NCBI RefSeq assembly: GCF_009914755.1
Contig: NC_060927.1
Source: the human T2T-CHM13v2.0 reference genome, Homo sapiens
Length of the DNA: 64,000 nt
Reading direction: 5' to 3' (one strand)
Positions 1-43,065 of this stretch are shown here, piece by piece. How positions within the stretch are numbered: position 1 is the stretch's first letter; every line of letters begins with the position of its first letter. The notes beneath the pieces were generated by a model, which was not told where the DNA came from, did not search any database, and saw only the letters and a list, made by a program, of their open reading frames with translations. Made by a program: the position numbers and the translations under genes.

Positions 1-150
1 CATAACTTGTTATATGTAATTTTGACTACGAAATCATGTTGTTTTCATATTCAAAAAATTATGTTAATAAAAAGTTCTTAAAAGTTTAAAACAACCCAAA
101 ACGAACAGCCCTAACTATGTATCAAACTGACATTTGAAACATAAAAAACA

Positions 151-1220
<1,070 letters not shown>

Positions 1221-1711
1221 TTTTTTTAAGTACTCCACCAAAGAAAAAAAGAGGTAGGTTAATTATGGTAACCTGATAACCGCTGAATCTAAGTGACGTG
1301 TGTGGGAGTTTATACTAGTCTTTGTACTTTGGCATGTTTGCGATTTGCCATAGTAACAAAATCTTTGTAAGCCTTAATTGCTCCCTCTCTCTTCAAGTTC
1401 CAACCGAGGCCCAACATTCAAGGAAGGCCCTCAACCACTCCAACAGCTTTGCTACCCCAGTATCTGCCCAGCCACACCATCTCAAAGCCTTTGTCCCTCT
1501 TACTGCCTCTGCGTGGAATGCCTTGCTTCCATCTCCAACACCCATTCCACCTCTCCAAATGCTACCCCTAGCCTCTACCTGTGATCCCCCAAGGAGAAAC
1601 AAGACCCCCATGGAGTCATTTCACTGCAGGTTAAACACTTTTGGGATGACCTTAGAAATGACTGCAGATTTCATCCACCCCACACCACCCAAGCCTATCA
1701 ACCAGTAGTCA

Positions 1712-4186
<2,475 letters not shown>

Positions 4187-5579
4187 TCACAGGGTACTAA
4201 TTCTAAACTGAATCAGTTTTCCAAGCCAGGAGAACAATTTTTAGAAGACGTAGAAACCACTAGTGAAAAATTGAATTAATAAGCTTCAATGAGTTTGTCC
4301 TCAAAGGTGAGAACATGGATCACTCTTCCTGATATGACTTTATAGAACACAAAACTTGCATGTCTTTATCAGTCACACCATTATATTTCATATTACAACT
4401 GTGACGTTCACTACTCAAAATATAAGTAGCGGAATCTTCTCCTCAGGACAGTCTTAACCAATTCTTAGTTTCAAGTCCCAAATGTGCTTCTCATCCCACT
4501 CTCTGTCCTGAATTCTAAAATCAAATTTTCAAATGTTTACTAGACAGCTCCACTGACCACCCCACATGCAATTCAACAAAACCTTATCATTCATGATCCC
4601 AAGTCTTGATCTCTCTTAATACCACTGCCATCTGATCAACTCTAAGCTAGAAACCCAGGCATCTTCTGATGCCTCACTCTGCCCTGTCCCCAATACCTGG
4701 GCAATCCTGCCTCAGAAATTCCTCTCAGACCCATCCCTTCCTTTGCCTCCTCCTCCATTCAAACCAATACCATGTGCCTAGACTACTGCATCTCTTCCTA
4801 TTAATCTCCTAATCTCCCTTCCCCCCAGCCCATCTACACAATCTCAAATCAACATTCCCACATTCATTTTACAAGTTGTTAAATGCTGCCACATAATTTA
4901 ATTTTGCTTTGATAATTCAGAAGACAAATCAGAACCTTTCAGCACTCCAAGATCATTAGGAACATCAAGTCTTACCAAAATGTGGAAGCACCAGCTAATG
5001 AAGGTTTTTCAATCAATAAAAGGCTAGACAACACAGAACTGTCTAAACTGATGTACATGGAGCAGGTCTTTTTTTTTTTTCCTGTAGCTCTTCTCTAGCT
5101 GGATCTAATGGGAGAACATTGTGTGAATGACTTGGTTTTTTACTCATGTACTCAAACTGATTTACTGAGAACCCCATATAGGTCAGTTTCTGTGGCAGGA
5201 AGAGGTGATAAAGACAAATTCATATAATGTATGCACATATAACTAGAAATGAATAAAATGGTAAGCTATGAAAAAAAATTTTTTAATGTTCCCAACTGTG
5301 GGCTTTAAGGATAAAGCCCACGCCTTTAATAATGGTTCAGAGCAGTCCTTAAACTGAACTCAACCCACCCTACACAGCTTCACCTTCCTCTGAGCAAGAG
5401 CCACTCTGAAAGCCCAGTTAACTAAACACACCATGAAATGTCAACCCTCCGTATCTTTACAGATATCTCTGCCTGAAATGTTCCTTCCATTCCATTAGCC
5501 TTCTTTGTGATTAATTCAAAATTTATTAAGTGCTTACTAAGGCTCCAAGTACATTATATATATATTGATTTAGTGAATC

Positions 5580-12550
<6,971 letters not shown>

Positions 12551-13049
12551 AAGAACCCACTGAAAAACATTTCAGCAACCTCATCAGTTTCCAACACAAC
12601 TGTTGGAAAATATACATCTCCTTGTTAAGTTTATCATCCAGTTGTTTCCCACTGGGATAGGAGTACAAAATAGCACATATATCCATTTAACTGGTGTCTT
12701 GGACTACAAAATTGAAAATGATTTTAAATAAATCTGTTAATGTGACTGCAAGTCTTATACCCAATACAATCCTATCTCACAGCCATAAAAGCCAGAAGAG
12801 GCAACATTATACAGTGTGAGAACACACAACTTACGGAATAAGCTGGAGCCCTGACTTACTCTGCACTGTAAGACCGCATGTAAGGGGCTAAATAACTTAA
12901 CCTGACAGACTACAGCCTCCTTGCCTGCTATATGAGGATTTATACCTTAAATGGTTGCTATGAGGGCTAAATGAGAATATATTTAAAATACCCACCATAA
13001 TATCTGACACACAGTAGAGTCCCAGTAAGAAAGTATCTTACCACAGAAA

Positions 13050-13205
13050 CAAACAAACTAAAGGACAAAAGGAAACTTCTGGAGGTGACAGATATGTTTA
13101 TTACCCGGATTGTGGTAATGGTTACACCAGTGTATACGTATTTTGAATATACTAATAATAGGCAGTTTTTTGTATACCAATTATACCTCAATAAAGTTGG
13201 GAGAA
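13050..13205 (+). mobile_element. Old L1 (L1MD-like) 3' end fragment
   Basis: ggaaacttctggaggtgacagatatgtttattac...ttatacctcaataaagttgg resembles an L1M 3' UTR terminus. Confidence 0.55.
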
Positions 13206-14054
13206 AAAATAAAAACAAGATAAAATAAGTACATTAACCTAGCTCGCAGGCATGATGGCAGGATAGCCGAGCTCCTGCTGTGGTCCACTTATACTGTAAC
13301 AAGCTCATTAAATCACAACTGGCTTCTATAAAGAACGGGATTTAACATTCAAGACATTCAAAGATGGCAAGGCAAATTTACATGAAGTTTTGATCTATCT
13401 TTCCACAAGCCTTTGAGTAAAACTTTATTTCATCATGGACAACGCATGAAAGAAAATAGGAGTCATTTCAGAAACGTAATCTCTATAAACCCATCTTTAT
13501 AGCTCCATATTCAGTCAGAGAACGAAGTGTGCTTAGAAGAAATGTGACACTATAATGACTATTCTCTCAACAAATAATTAGGTAATCATTTAATGAAATT
13601 GTTTAACAACAATAGTAATAAAAACCAAACCTCTGTGTATGTACATTCCCTTTACTCCCAAACCCAACATTTTCTTTGGTGATCACTGAAATACCTGGAA
13701 ACATTTAAGCCAAACACAGCCATTTATTGCCGAGGTGTAAGAATGAGAAGCAGCAGGGGGAAGGGAGAAAATTGGACTTTCCTTTTCTGTACAGCATAAG
13801 AGAACTTATATTACGTGCAGGAGTTTTAAAACTAACTTTAAAAAGAGTTTTAACATTTAGAAAGCGTTCACTAGGAACCTTAAAATGCATCACATTCATA
13901 GGGATTTCAAGTGATTACCAACTTAAAAATGCGAAACCTGTTACATTTCTGATGGTTCTCTATGTCTAGAAAGAAGCACCTACAACGGACCAGATACTGA
14001 ATTAAGAGAATGAAATTCACTTTAATTCATTTATTTGTCCTCTACTTGAGCCAC

Positions 14055-15422
<1,368 letters not shown>

Positions 15423-15695
15423 TAAAACAGTGAAATTTTGCTCAGATTGAGAAAGTAAAAGTTGGCCTTCCCCAACATCCACGGATGAATGCTAAAATTA
15501 GTAGGCAGAACTTGAAGCCGAAACAGGATATATGCAAAGTTTCAAAACATCTCTACTAAAATGTTTAGTAATTAGGCCGGGCACGGTGACTCACGCCTGT
15601 AATTCCAGCGCTTTAGGAGGCCGAGGCGGGCGGATCACCTGAGGTCAGGAGTTCGAGACCAGCCTGGCCAACATGGTGAAACCCCGTCTATACTA

Positions 15696-16075
<380 letters not shown>

Positions 16076-16440
16076 TTACAAAGGAAAAAATAGTTTACAG
16101 TGGAGAATCCTGGCAGGCACCACTTTAAACAAGTGATCAAAGTTAACATCACCACATATAAAATATAGTAACATTAGGTATCTACTAATAGGATCCATTG
16201 AGAAAGGCACATCACTTCTGTGGTATTGCCACAAAATTATTGAAAATCCATTACCTCAATCTAGTCATAAATATCAGACAAGGCCAGGCACAGTGGCTCA
16301 TGCCACCAATCCCAGCACTTTGGGAGGCCAAGTAGGGAGGATCCCTTGAGCCAAGGAGTTCAAAACTAGACCGGGCAACAGGGTAAAACCCCATCTCTAC
16401 AAAAAATCAAAAATCAGCCGGGCCTGGTGACAAGTGCCTG

Positions 16441-18731
16441 TGTTACAGGAAAGGGGTCTGGATCCTGACCCCAAGAGAGGGTTCCTGGATCTCACGCAAG
16501 AAAGAATTCAGGATGAGTCCGCAGTGCAAAGTGAAAGCAAGTTTATTATTTTTTATTTTATTTATTTATTTATTTGAGATGGAGTCTCGCTCTGTTGCCC
16601 AGGCTGGATTGCAGTGGCGCAGTCTTGGCTCACAGCAACCTGTGCCTCCCGGGTTCAAGCAATTCTCTGCCTTAGCCTCCCAAGTAGCTGCGATTACAGG
16701 CGCCCGCCACCACGCCCGGCTAATTTTTGTATTTTTAGTAGAGACGGGGTTTCAACATCTTGGCCAGGCTGGTCTTGCACTCCTGACCTCGTGACCCACC
16801 TGCCTCAGCCTCCCAAAGTGCTGGGATTACAGGCATGAGCCACCGCCCCCAGCCAGCAAGTTTATTAAGAAAGTAAAAGAATAAAAGAATGGCTACTCCA
16901 TTGACAGAGCAGCCCGAGGACTGCTGGTTGCCCATCTTTATGGTTATTTCTTGATGATATGCTATACAAGGGGTGGATTATTCATGCCTCCCCTTTTTAG
17001 ACCATATAGGATAACTTCCTGATGTTGCCATGGCATTTGCAAACTGTCATGGCGCTGGTGGGAGTGTAGTAGTGAGGACTCATTGCCATTTTGGTTTTGG
17101 TGGGTTTTGGCCGGCTCCTTTACTGCAACCTGTTTTATCAGTAAGGTCTTTATGACCAGTATTTTGTGCCGACCTTCTATCTCATCCTGTTGAGAGGTGA
17201 CAGCGTGCGCCCTCCCTCGCTCTCGGCGCCTCCTCGGCCTTGGCGCCCACTCTGGCCGCGCTTGAGGAGCCCTTCAGCCCACCGCTGCACTGTGGGAGCC
17301 CCCTTCTGGGCTGGCCAAGGCCGGAGCCGGCTCCTTCAGCTTGCAGGGAGGTGTGGAGGGAGAGGCGCGAGCGGGAACCGAGGCTGCGCACGGCGCTTGC
17401 GGGCCAGCTGGAGTTCTGGGTGGGCCTGGGCTTGGCGGGCCCCGCACTCGGAGCGGCCGGCCGGCCGGCCCTGCCAGCCCTGGGCAATGAGGGGCTTAGC
17501 ACCCCGGCCAGCGGCTGCGGAGGGTGTGCTGGGTCCCCCAGCAGTGCCGGCCCACGGGCGCTGCACTCGATTTCTCGCCGGGCCTTAGCTGCCTCCCCGC
17601 AGGGCAGGGCTCGGGACCTGCAGCCCGCCATGCCTGAGCCTCCCCCTCCTCCGTGGGCTGCTGTGCGGCCCCAGCCTCCCCGACGAGCGCCGCCCCCTGC
17701 TCCAAGGCGCCCAGTCCCATCGACCACGCAAGGGCTGAGGAGTGCGGGCGCACGGCCGGGGACTGGCAGGCAGCTCCACCTGCCGCCCGGGTGCAGGATT
17801 CACTGGGTGAAGCCAGCTGGGCTCCTGAGACTGTTGGGGACTTGGAGAACCTTTATGTCTAGCTAAGGGATTGTAAATACACCAATCGGCAGTCTGTATC
17901 TAGCTCAAGGTTTGTAAACACACCAATCAGCACCCTGTGTCTAGCTCAGGGTTTGTGAATGCACCAGTTGACACTCTGTATCTAACTACTCTGGTGGGGA
18001 CTTGGAGAACCTTTGTGTGGACACTCTGTATCTAGCTAATCTAGTGGGGACGTGGAGAACCTTTGTGTCTAGCTCAGGGATTATAAAGACACCAATCAGC
18101 ACACTGTCAAAACAGACCTCTCCCCTCTCTGTAAAATGAACCAATCAGCAGGATGTGGGTAGGGCCAGATAAGAAAATAAAGGCAGGCTGCCAGAGCCAG
18201 CAGTGGCAACCCGCTGGGGTCTCCTTCCACACTGGAGAGTTTGTTCTTTCGCTCTTGGCAATAAATCTTGCTGCTGTTCACTCTTTGGGTCCACGCTGCC
18301 TTTATGAGCTGTAACACACACCACGAAGGTCTGCAGCTTCACTCCTGAAGCCAGCGAGACCACAAACCTACCGGGAGGAACGAACAACTCCAGACGCGCC
18401 TCCTTAAGAGCTGTTAACACTCACCGCGAAGGTCCTCCGCTTCACTCCCGAGCCAGCGAGACCACGAACCCCACCAGAAGGAAGAAACTCCGAACACATC
18501 CAAACATCAGAAGGAGCAAACTCCAGACACGCCACCTTTAAGAACTGTAACACTCACCGCAAGGGTCTGCGGTTTCATTCTTGAAGTCAGTGAGACCAAG
18601 AACCCACCAATTCCCAACACGCTGTGACTTAAAATGCCTTAACTGTATGGGAATGCAGCTCACAGGTTTCAACCTCATTTTACCCAGTTCCTATTCAGGA
18701 TGGAGTTGTTGTCGTTCACATGCCTCTGACA
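16441..18731 (-). mobile_element. MER41A solo LTR (ERV1), interrupted by an Alu (16549-16854) and LTR12C
   Basis: Minus strand begins TGTCAGAGGC...AACTCCATC and ends CCCCTTTCCTGTAACA; TSD CCTG. It lacks the tandem TTCC-GGAA GAS block typical of MER41B. Internal Alu TSD agcaagtttatta. Confidence 0.82.
17191..18621 (+). mobile_element. LTR12C-type (HERV9) solo LTR
   Basis: Starts TGAGAGGTGACAGCGTGC, has a CpG-rich U3, tandem CTAGCT/CCAATC repeats at 17850-18150, AGATAAG..AATAAAA promoter at ~18167-18182, AATAAA at 18260 and U5 repeats. Ends ACCAATTCCCAACAC; TSD CTGT. Confidence 0.92.
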
Positions 18732-18851
18732 CCTGTAGTCTCCGCTACTTGAGAGGCTGAAGCAGGAGGATCACTGGAGCCCCGGAGATCAAGGCTTCAG
18801 TAAGCTATGTTCATGCCGCTTCAGCCTGGGTGACAGCAAGACCCTGTCTCA

Positions 18852-18998
<147 letters not shown>

Positions 18999-19254
18999 TT
19001 AGCCTAGTGTGGTGGCATGCCCCTGTAGTCCCAGCTACTCAAGAGGCTGAAGTGGGAGGATCACTTGGGCCTGGGAGGTTGTAGCTGCAGTGAGCTGTGA
19101 TCATGACACTGCACTCCACCCTGGATGACAAAGTGAGACTTTGTCTCAAAAAAAAAAAAAAAAGAAAAAAGAAGGCCGGACGCCATGGCTCACGCCTGTA
19201 ATCCCAAAACTTTGGGAGGCTGTGGCAGGCAGATCACCTGAGGTCAGGAGTTCA

Positions 19255-19536
<282 letters not shown>

Positions 19537-19894
19537 TCAAATATTAATCCTTCTTACCTCCATGTCTCCTCATAGGTTGTATGTGCACCTGATTTTCCTT
19601 GTGGGAAAGGAGAACACCAAGGTTCCCTCCATTTCTTCCCCATTGATGACTTCCAGAGTGACTGGGGTGTTGCAAGTCTCAGTAAAAAGCTCTAGAAAAG
19701 TGTTTCCACATAGTCAAGTAAACGTGAGAAATACCACACTGCACATCAGCAGATTAGCGAAACCTCCTTATTCCCTAATTTTGGAAATATAGAACTAACC
19801 AGATATCACAGGAAACAAAAATACTGAGCCCACCAAATGCACATGGAAGAATGTTCAGAACAGTTCCTTCACACTCCAAATTTCTGTTACTATC

Positions 19895-20583
<689 letters not shown>

Positions 20584-20689
20584 CCAGCTAATGAGAAGTA
20601 GGAACCAGGAGGGCATGTTCCTTCCCTACAGAGCATGAGTCTGCAAATTACCACCTGCAGGCCAGCCACAAATTTCTGCAAATAACTTT

Positions 20690-26106
<5,417 letters not shown>

Positions 26107-26296
26107 CTAGAGAAATGTGAGCACATGTACCCCCAGCTACATAGACAAAAATATACGCAGAAGCATTGCCTGTAATACCAAAAAGCGAAAACATCCTAGA
26201 TGAAAAGAAAGGTAAAGACTTCTGTGAGTATTATATGGGTAAGACAATATCAGTAGGAATGGGAAAGTCAGGACCTCTAAAAAATTCTGTCCTCCA

Positions 26297-27647
<1,351 letters not shown>

Positions 27648-27785
27648 TCCATTAATGCCATAAGAATACTGGCAGAAATGGTAAAAATCAATGTTTTCAG
27701 AACTTTAACAAAAAGACTATAACACGCTAGGCATTGGCTCATGCCTGTAATCCCAGCACTTTGGGAGGCCAAGGCAGGTAGATCA

Positions 27786-28001
<216 letters not shown>

Positions 28002-28728
28002 TCACAAAAAACAAAACAAAACAAAAAAAACAGACATAAGTAGAATACCAAATTCCAGCATGAAAGCATGAGGAGCTCCATGACCTATTCTCCAGTAAGA
28101 CTTGTGAAAACTATAAAGACCCAACTACTTAAAACCTCTAGAAACGAGCTGGTCACAGTGGCTCATACCTATAATCCCACCACTTTGGAAGGCTCAGGTG
28201 GAAGAATTGCTTGAGCCGAGGAATTTGAGACCAGCCAGGACAATATGGGGAGACCCCATCTCTACAGATAAATTAAAAAATAACTGGGCATGGTAGCATG
28301 CACCTATGGTCCCAGCTACTCAAGAGGCTGAGGCAGGAGGATTGCCTGAGCCTAGGAGGTCAAGGCTGCAGATCCTGTCTCAAAAACAAACAAACAAACA
28401 AACAAAAACTCTAGAAATTGTCATAAGGGCAACAGGAAAATGCAGAAACACTTATTCAATAAAATCTATGAATATTCTGTAGGAAAAGCAAGCATCTCAG
28501 GTATCTGAACCAAGACTGCCACCACTCTCCTCCCTATCAGATCAGCAAGGCAGAGAATCTGCCGCAGATTGCTGCTGCCAGACAGGGCTCCCTCTCCCTG
28601 CAGCTCTTAGTCAGAAGGCTTTATCTGGCCAGGTGCAGTGGCTCACACCTGTAATCCCAGCACTTTGGGAGGCCGAGGCGGGTGGATCATGAGGTCAAGA
28701 GTTTGAGACCAGCCTGGCCAATATGGTG

Positions 28729-29241
28729 TGCTGAGACCAGCTCGGTGGGGGAGACCCTAATCCAGCAGCGCTAGAGGAATTAAAGACACACACACAGAAA
28801 TATAGAGGTGTGAAGTGGGAAATCAGGGGTCTCACAGCCTTCAGAGCTGAGAGGCCCGAACAGAGATTTACCCACGTATTTATTAACAGCAAGCCAGTCA
28901 TTAGCATTGTTTCTATAGATATTAAATTAACTAAAAGTATCCCTTATGGAAAACAAAGAGATGGGCCGAATTAAAGGAATAGGTTGGGCTAGTTAACTGC
29001 AGCAGGAGCATGTCCTTAAGGCACAGATTGCTCATGCTATTGTTTGTGGTTTAGGAATGCCTTTAAGCGGTTTTCTGCCCTGGGCGGGCCAGGTGTTCCT
29101 TGCCCTCATTCCCGTAAACCCACAATCTTCCAGTGCGGGCGTTAGGGCCATTATGAACATGTCACAGTGCTGCAGAGATTTTGTTTATGGCCAGTTTTGG
29201 GGCCAGTTTATGGCCAGATTTTGGGGGGCTTGTTCCCAACA
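28729..29241 (-). mobile_element. MER9 (HERV-K9/HML-3) solo LTR inserted in an AluS (28627-29450)
   Basis: Minus strand TGTTGGGAACAAGCCCCCCAAAATCTGGCCATAAACTGGCC...GGTCTCAGCA; 513 bp; 6-bp TSD ATGGTG, typical of betaretrovirus-like integration. Confidence 0.88.
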
Positions 29242-30931
29242 ATGGTGAAACCCCGTCTCTACTAAAAATATGAAAATTAGCCGGGCCTGGTTGCGCACTC
29301 CTGTAGTCCCAGCTACCCAGGAGGCTGAGGCAGAAGAATAGCTTGAACCCGGGAGGCGGAGGTTGCAGTCAGATGAGATCCTGCCACTGCACTCCAGCCT
29401 GGGCGACAGAGTGAGACTCCGTCTCAAAATAAAAAATAAAAATAAAAAAGAAGGCTTTATCTTTGGGATGAGGAAAAGGTCAGCGTTTCTCATCCTGCCT
29501 CCAGCTACCTGTTGTTTAATCTAAGATAGTAGGCAAGTACAGCTGAGAGTAGCAGTTTCTCTTCCGCTATTCAGTCCCAACTTGCAGGACAAAGGTGCTA
29601 CCTTAGGCATGGTGCACTGAGGAGACTGGAGCCCTGGTCACCCTCGTCCCAGTACTTTGCATTTCAAGAGAGGCCAGTGGAGAGGAATTTGGCTTCTCCC
29701 ACACTTCCCCACCCACTGAGTGCTTAGGTCCTAGCGTCCAGGTGTCACTCAGCAAGAACTTGCCATTGTCTTTACCCTGTTCTCTGAGATTTTGCCAGGG
29801 GAGAGAAGCAGGCAGTAAAACAGGTAGCTTCTAATCTCCTCCCATTTGCAAGATCATGGGTGCTCTCAATGAAAAGCAATTAAACAATGAAGGTTAAAGT
29901 GAAAGGCAGAACTGGAGAACCGCTAGTTTATAAGAGGGAATGGTGAATAAGACAGGTGAGAAGAGGCCTCCTAGGATTAGGACAAATGCAAAACACTGAG
30001 ATCAGAAACTATTCCTTCAAAGGAGCACATTTGATTGGATTACTTTGAAGAGCAATTTATGCCCTGCCCCCATCATTGTTGAAAACTCTTAAGCAATCAG
30101 CTGCTTAATTTAACTTAATTAAATTAAACTGCAGGGTGTTGTCAGGGAAAGACAGGACAACACCTCTATCAAGGCAACTGTCATCCCAAGACAGCTATGG
30201 ATTTACCCATAGCTGTACCTCCTTAAGAAACAAGGAGGATTGGCCGAGCACGGTGGCTCACACCTGTAATCCCAGCACTTTGGGAGGCCAAGGTGTCACC
30301 TGAGGTCAGGAGTTCGAGACCAGCCTAGCCAACATGGCGTCTCTACCAAAAATACGAAAATTAGCTGGACATGGTGGCAGTCACCTGTAATTCCAGCTAC
30401 TCAGGAGGCTGAGGCATGAGAATTGCTTGAACCCAGGAGAAAGAGATTGCAGTGAACCGAGATCACACCATTACACTACAGCCTGGGCGACAGAACAAAG
30501 ACTCTGTCAAAAAAAAAAAAGAAAGAAAGAAAAAGAGAAAGAAGGAAAGAAAAAAGAAAGAAAGTGGTGGGGCGCGGTGGTTCATGCCTGTAATCCCAGC
30601 ACTTTGGGAGGCTGAGGTGGGAGGATCACCTGAGGTCGGGAGTTGGAGACCAGCCTGACCCATATGGAGAAACCCTATCTCTACTAAAAATACAAAATGA
30701 GCCAGGCTTGGTGGCACATGCCTATAATCCCAGCTACTTGGGAAGGCTGAGGAGGAAGAATCGCTTGAACCTGGGAGGTGGAGGTTGTGGGGAGCTGAGA
30801 TCGCACCATTGCACTCCAGCCTGGGCAACTAGAGCAACACTCTGTCAAAAAAAGAAAGAAAATAAAGAAAAGGAAGAAAGAGAATTTACTCTGTGAGAGA
30901 AAAGACAGCCTTCACTAAAAGAATCCAGTAA

Positions 30932-31481
<550 letters not shown>

Positions 31482-31791
31482 CTAAGATCGTGCCACTGCA
31501 CTCCAGCCTGGGGGACAGAGAGAGACTGTCTCAGAAAAAAAAAAAAAAATTCAGTAAGTCACTAAACAAATACAAAAGCAAATAATTAAACCCTAAAGGG
31601 GAGGAGGGTCAAGATCTAGAATCCCTACAGCATATTATCCAAAATGTCCCATTTCCAACAAAGTACAAGGTATACGAAGAAACAGAAATGTATTCATGAT
31701 CCACCAGAAGAAAACAAAAAAGGAGGAAATTGCCTATGAATTTGGATTTATCAGAAAAAGACTACAAAACAGACATTATTAGCACGGTCAT

Positions 31792-31990
31792 TGAAGGAAG
31801 CCAGAATATTTTTCCCCAAAACATAAAGGATGTTGAATTAAAGATAAGAAACATGTGGGGGAGCTCTCTGCCTTCCCTGTTTGCCTAGAGCAGGACAAAG
31901 AAAAAAGGTCTTTCTATCCTCCCCCTTCCTTTACCACTTAAAGACAGGATGTAAATTTTCCTTTATTATAAATTCTCCTTTACTTAGTGA
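31792..31990 (+). mobile_element. 5' fragment of an older ERV1 (MER4-group-like) LTR
   Basis: Starts TGAAGGAAGCCAGAATATTTTTCCCCAAAA. A compatible LTR 3' end (gcaaaataaacttctaaattgattgagac...) lies at ~36340-36445. Subfamily uncertain. Confidence 0.45.
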
Positions 31991-31993
31991 TAG

Positions 31994-33890
<1,897 letters not shown>

Positions 33891-33896
33891 TATTTC

Positions 33897-33914
33897 TGGT
33901 GACCACAAAGGGAC
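33897..33914 (+). other. Retroviral primer-binding site (tRNA-Arg-like, TGGTGACCACAAAGGGAC)
   Basis: 18 nt starting TGG a few bases after the LTR end; close to the TGGCGACCACGAAGGGAC PBS of ERV9/W-group elements. Confidence 0.7.
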
Positions 33915-36340
<2,426 letters not shown>

Positions 36341-36523
36341 AACTCATCTTTGGAGAAATACACAGACCTGTCTCCTGTGTCCTTAAGCTTAGCAAAATAA
36401 ACTTCTAAATTGATTGAGACTTGTCTCAAATACTTTTTGGTTCATACTTTCTTTATATGTCCCCTATTTACTCATTTCTTTTACTTCATTTCATAAATAA
36501 TCTTTAAATAACCTTTGAATTAG

Positions 36524-36730
<207 letters not shown>

Positions 36731-36757
36731 TAGTAGAGACGGGGTTTCACTGTGTTA

Positions 36758-36847
<90 letters not shown>

Positions 36848-37071
36848 CTATTTTTCTTCAAATAAGAACACTTCTTTTTAGAAAAACGTTTTCCATTGAG
36901 CCTGGCGCGGTGGCTCACACCTGTAATCCCAGCACTTTGGGAGGCTGAGGCGGGCCGATCACCTGAGGTCAGGAGTTCAAGACCAGCCTGGGCAACATGG
37001 TGAATCCCCGTCTCTACTAAAAATACAAAAAATTAGCCGGGCGTGGTGGCATATGCCTGTAGTCCCAGCTA

Positions 37072-37179
<108 letters not shown>

Positions 37180-37339
37180 TCAAAAAAAAAAAAAAAGAAC
37201 CTTAAAATTACATAAATGGGTTTTATTTCTATTTTTACCAATAACTCAGAACATGATGATCTCTTCTTTTTTTTTTTTTTTTTTTTTTTTTTTGAGACAA
37301 AGTCTCACTCTTTCGCCAGGCTGAAGTGCAGTGGTGTGA

Positions 37340-37756
<417 letters not shown>

Positions 37757-37789
37757 TGACTGTAAAGCTAACATTTGCATTTTAAAGCC

Positions 37790-39540
<1,751 letters not shown>

Positions 39541-39680
39541 TAGTTGTTTTTGTTGTTTGTTTGTTTGTTTTTGAGACAGAGTCTTGCTCTGTCGCCAAGG
39601 CTGGATGCAGTGGTGTGATCTAAGCTCACTGCAACCTCCGCCTCCCAGGTTCAAGCGATTCTCCTGCCTCAGCCTCCTGA

Positions 39681-40172
<492 letters not shown>

Positions 40173-40208
40173 TTTTTTTTTTTTTTTTTTTTTTGAGACA
40201 GAGTCTAG

Positions 40209-40548
<340 letters not shown>

Positions 40549-41328
40549 TGAGTAGCTGGGACTACAGGCACGTGGCACCACGCCCAGCTAATTTTTGTAT
40601 TTTTAGTAGAGATGGGATTTCACCATATTGGCCAGAATGATCTCAATCTTTTGACCTCGTGATCTGCCCATTTCGGCCTCCCACAGTGCTGGGATTACAG
40701 GCGTGAGCCACCACGCCCGGCCTTATTTTATTTATTTTTTACTGTGTCCCAGGTTTCTTTAAGAACAAAGTGATACATGATGTAGGGATTAAAAGCAAAA
40801 GCATCATTGAACTTCACCTTCCCTCCAACCAGTTGTCCCAAAATCCCCTGCCCCCACCCTTTGTGTGCCCAATTCCTTCCTTAGTGAATGAGGAACTTAA
40901 GCCCAAAAGCCCTGGCACAAACTCCAGGTTCTCCTCCCCTAGCTTCTTCCCTTCCTCTGTCCCCCATTCCTAGAAGGGCAGGCACCTCAGTTTCAATTCA
41001 TGGCAGGGCCAAGTGGCAACAGAGACGGGGTAAAGGCTTCCCCTCGCAGCATAGTGAAGTGGGGGCTCCCATAGCCTGGGGTATCAAAATGGGGCCCTGG
41101 GGCCGGAGGAAAGAACACTGGCCCCCTGATAAGGGAGACCCAGCAGCCTGAAAATCCTCTCGTAGTGCATAGTCATTGCTTCATCACTTACCCTTCTGGC
41201 GCCAGTTACAGAACCACACTGGGGCCACATCCTCTCCAGCCCAACCTGGAGATCTGCTGCAGTGTGGGTTTGTGGGCGCACTGGCTGATGTGGCTGATCT
41301 GCTGGGCAATGTGGCTAATCTGCTGTAG

Positions 41329-41700
<372 letters not shown>

Positions 41701-42105
41701 GGGTTCTTGTTCTTTCGGCCTGCCTGAGGGTCTCTGCTTTGCATATCTCCTGAAGCTCTTCATTGTTGGCTGCTTCCTCCACCCACTTCTGCAGCAAGGG
41801 AGGCAGCTTACACATGTTCTTGAAACTGAGCTGCAGAGCCTCAAAGCAGCTGATGGTCATTTGGCTGAACACCTTCCCAAATAGAACCCCCCAGAGGCTG
41901 GGCATGGTGACTCACTTCTGTAATCCTAGCACTTTGGGAGGCCAAGGTGGGAAGTCAGAAGTTCAAGACCAGCCTGGCCTGTAACATGGAGAAACCCCGT
42001 CTCTACTAAAAATACAAAAATTAGCTGGGCATAGTGGCACATGCATGTAATCCCAGCTACTTGGGAGGCTGAGGCACGAGAATCGCTTGAACCCAGGAGG
42101 CAGAG

Positions 42106-43065
<960 letters not shown>

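Noticed and set aside
16855-17190. MER41 as an interferon-gamma (STAT1) enhancer
   Set aside because: The tandem GAS block of MER41B is absent from this copy. The TTCGGGAA at ~33422 in the other MER41 LTR has 2-nt rather than 3-nt spacing.
17166-17866. 140-208 aa ORFs
   Set aside because: GC-rich U3 of LTR12C; such ORFs are typical of that repeat.
17850-18110. Regularly spaced ~40-bp repeats resembling a CRISPR array
   Set aside because: They are LTR12 U3 tandem repeats without unique spacers, in a eukaryotic context.
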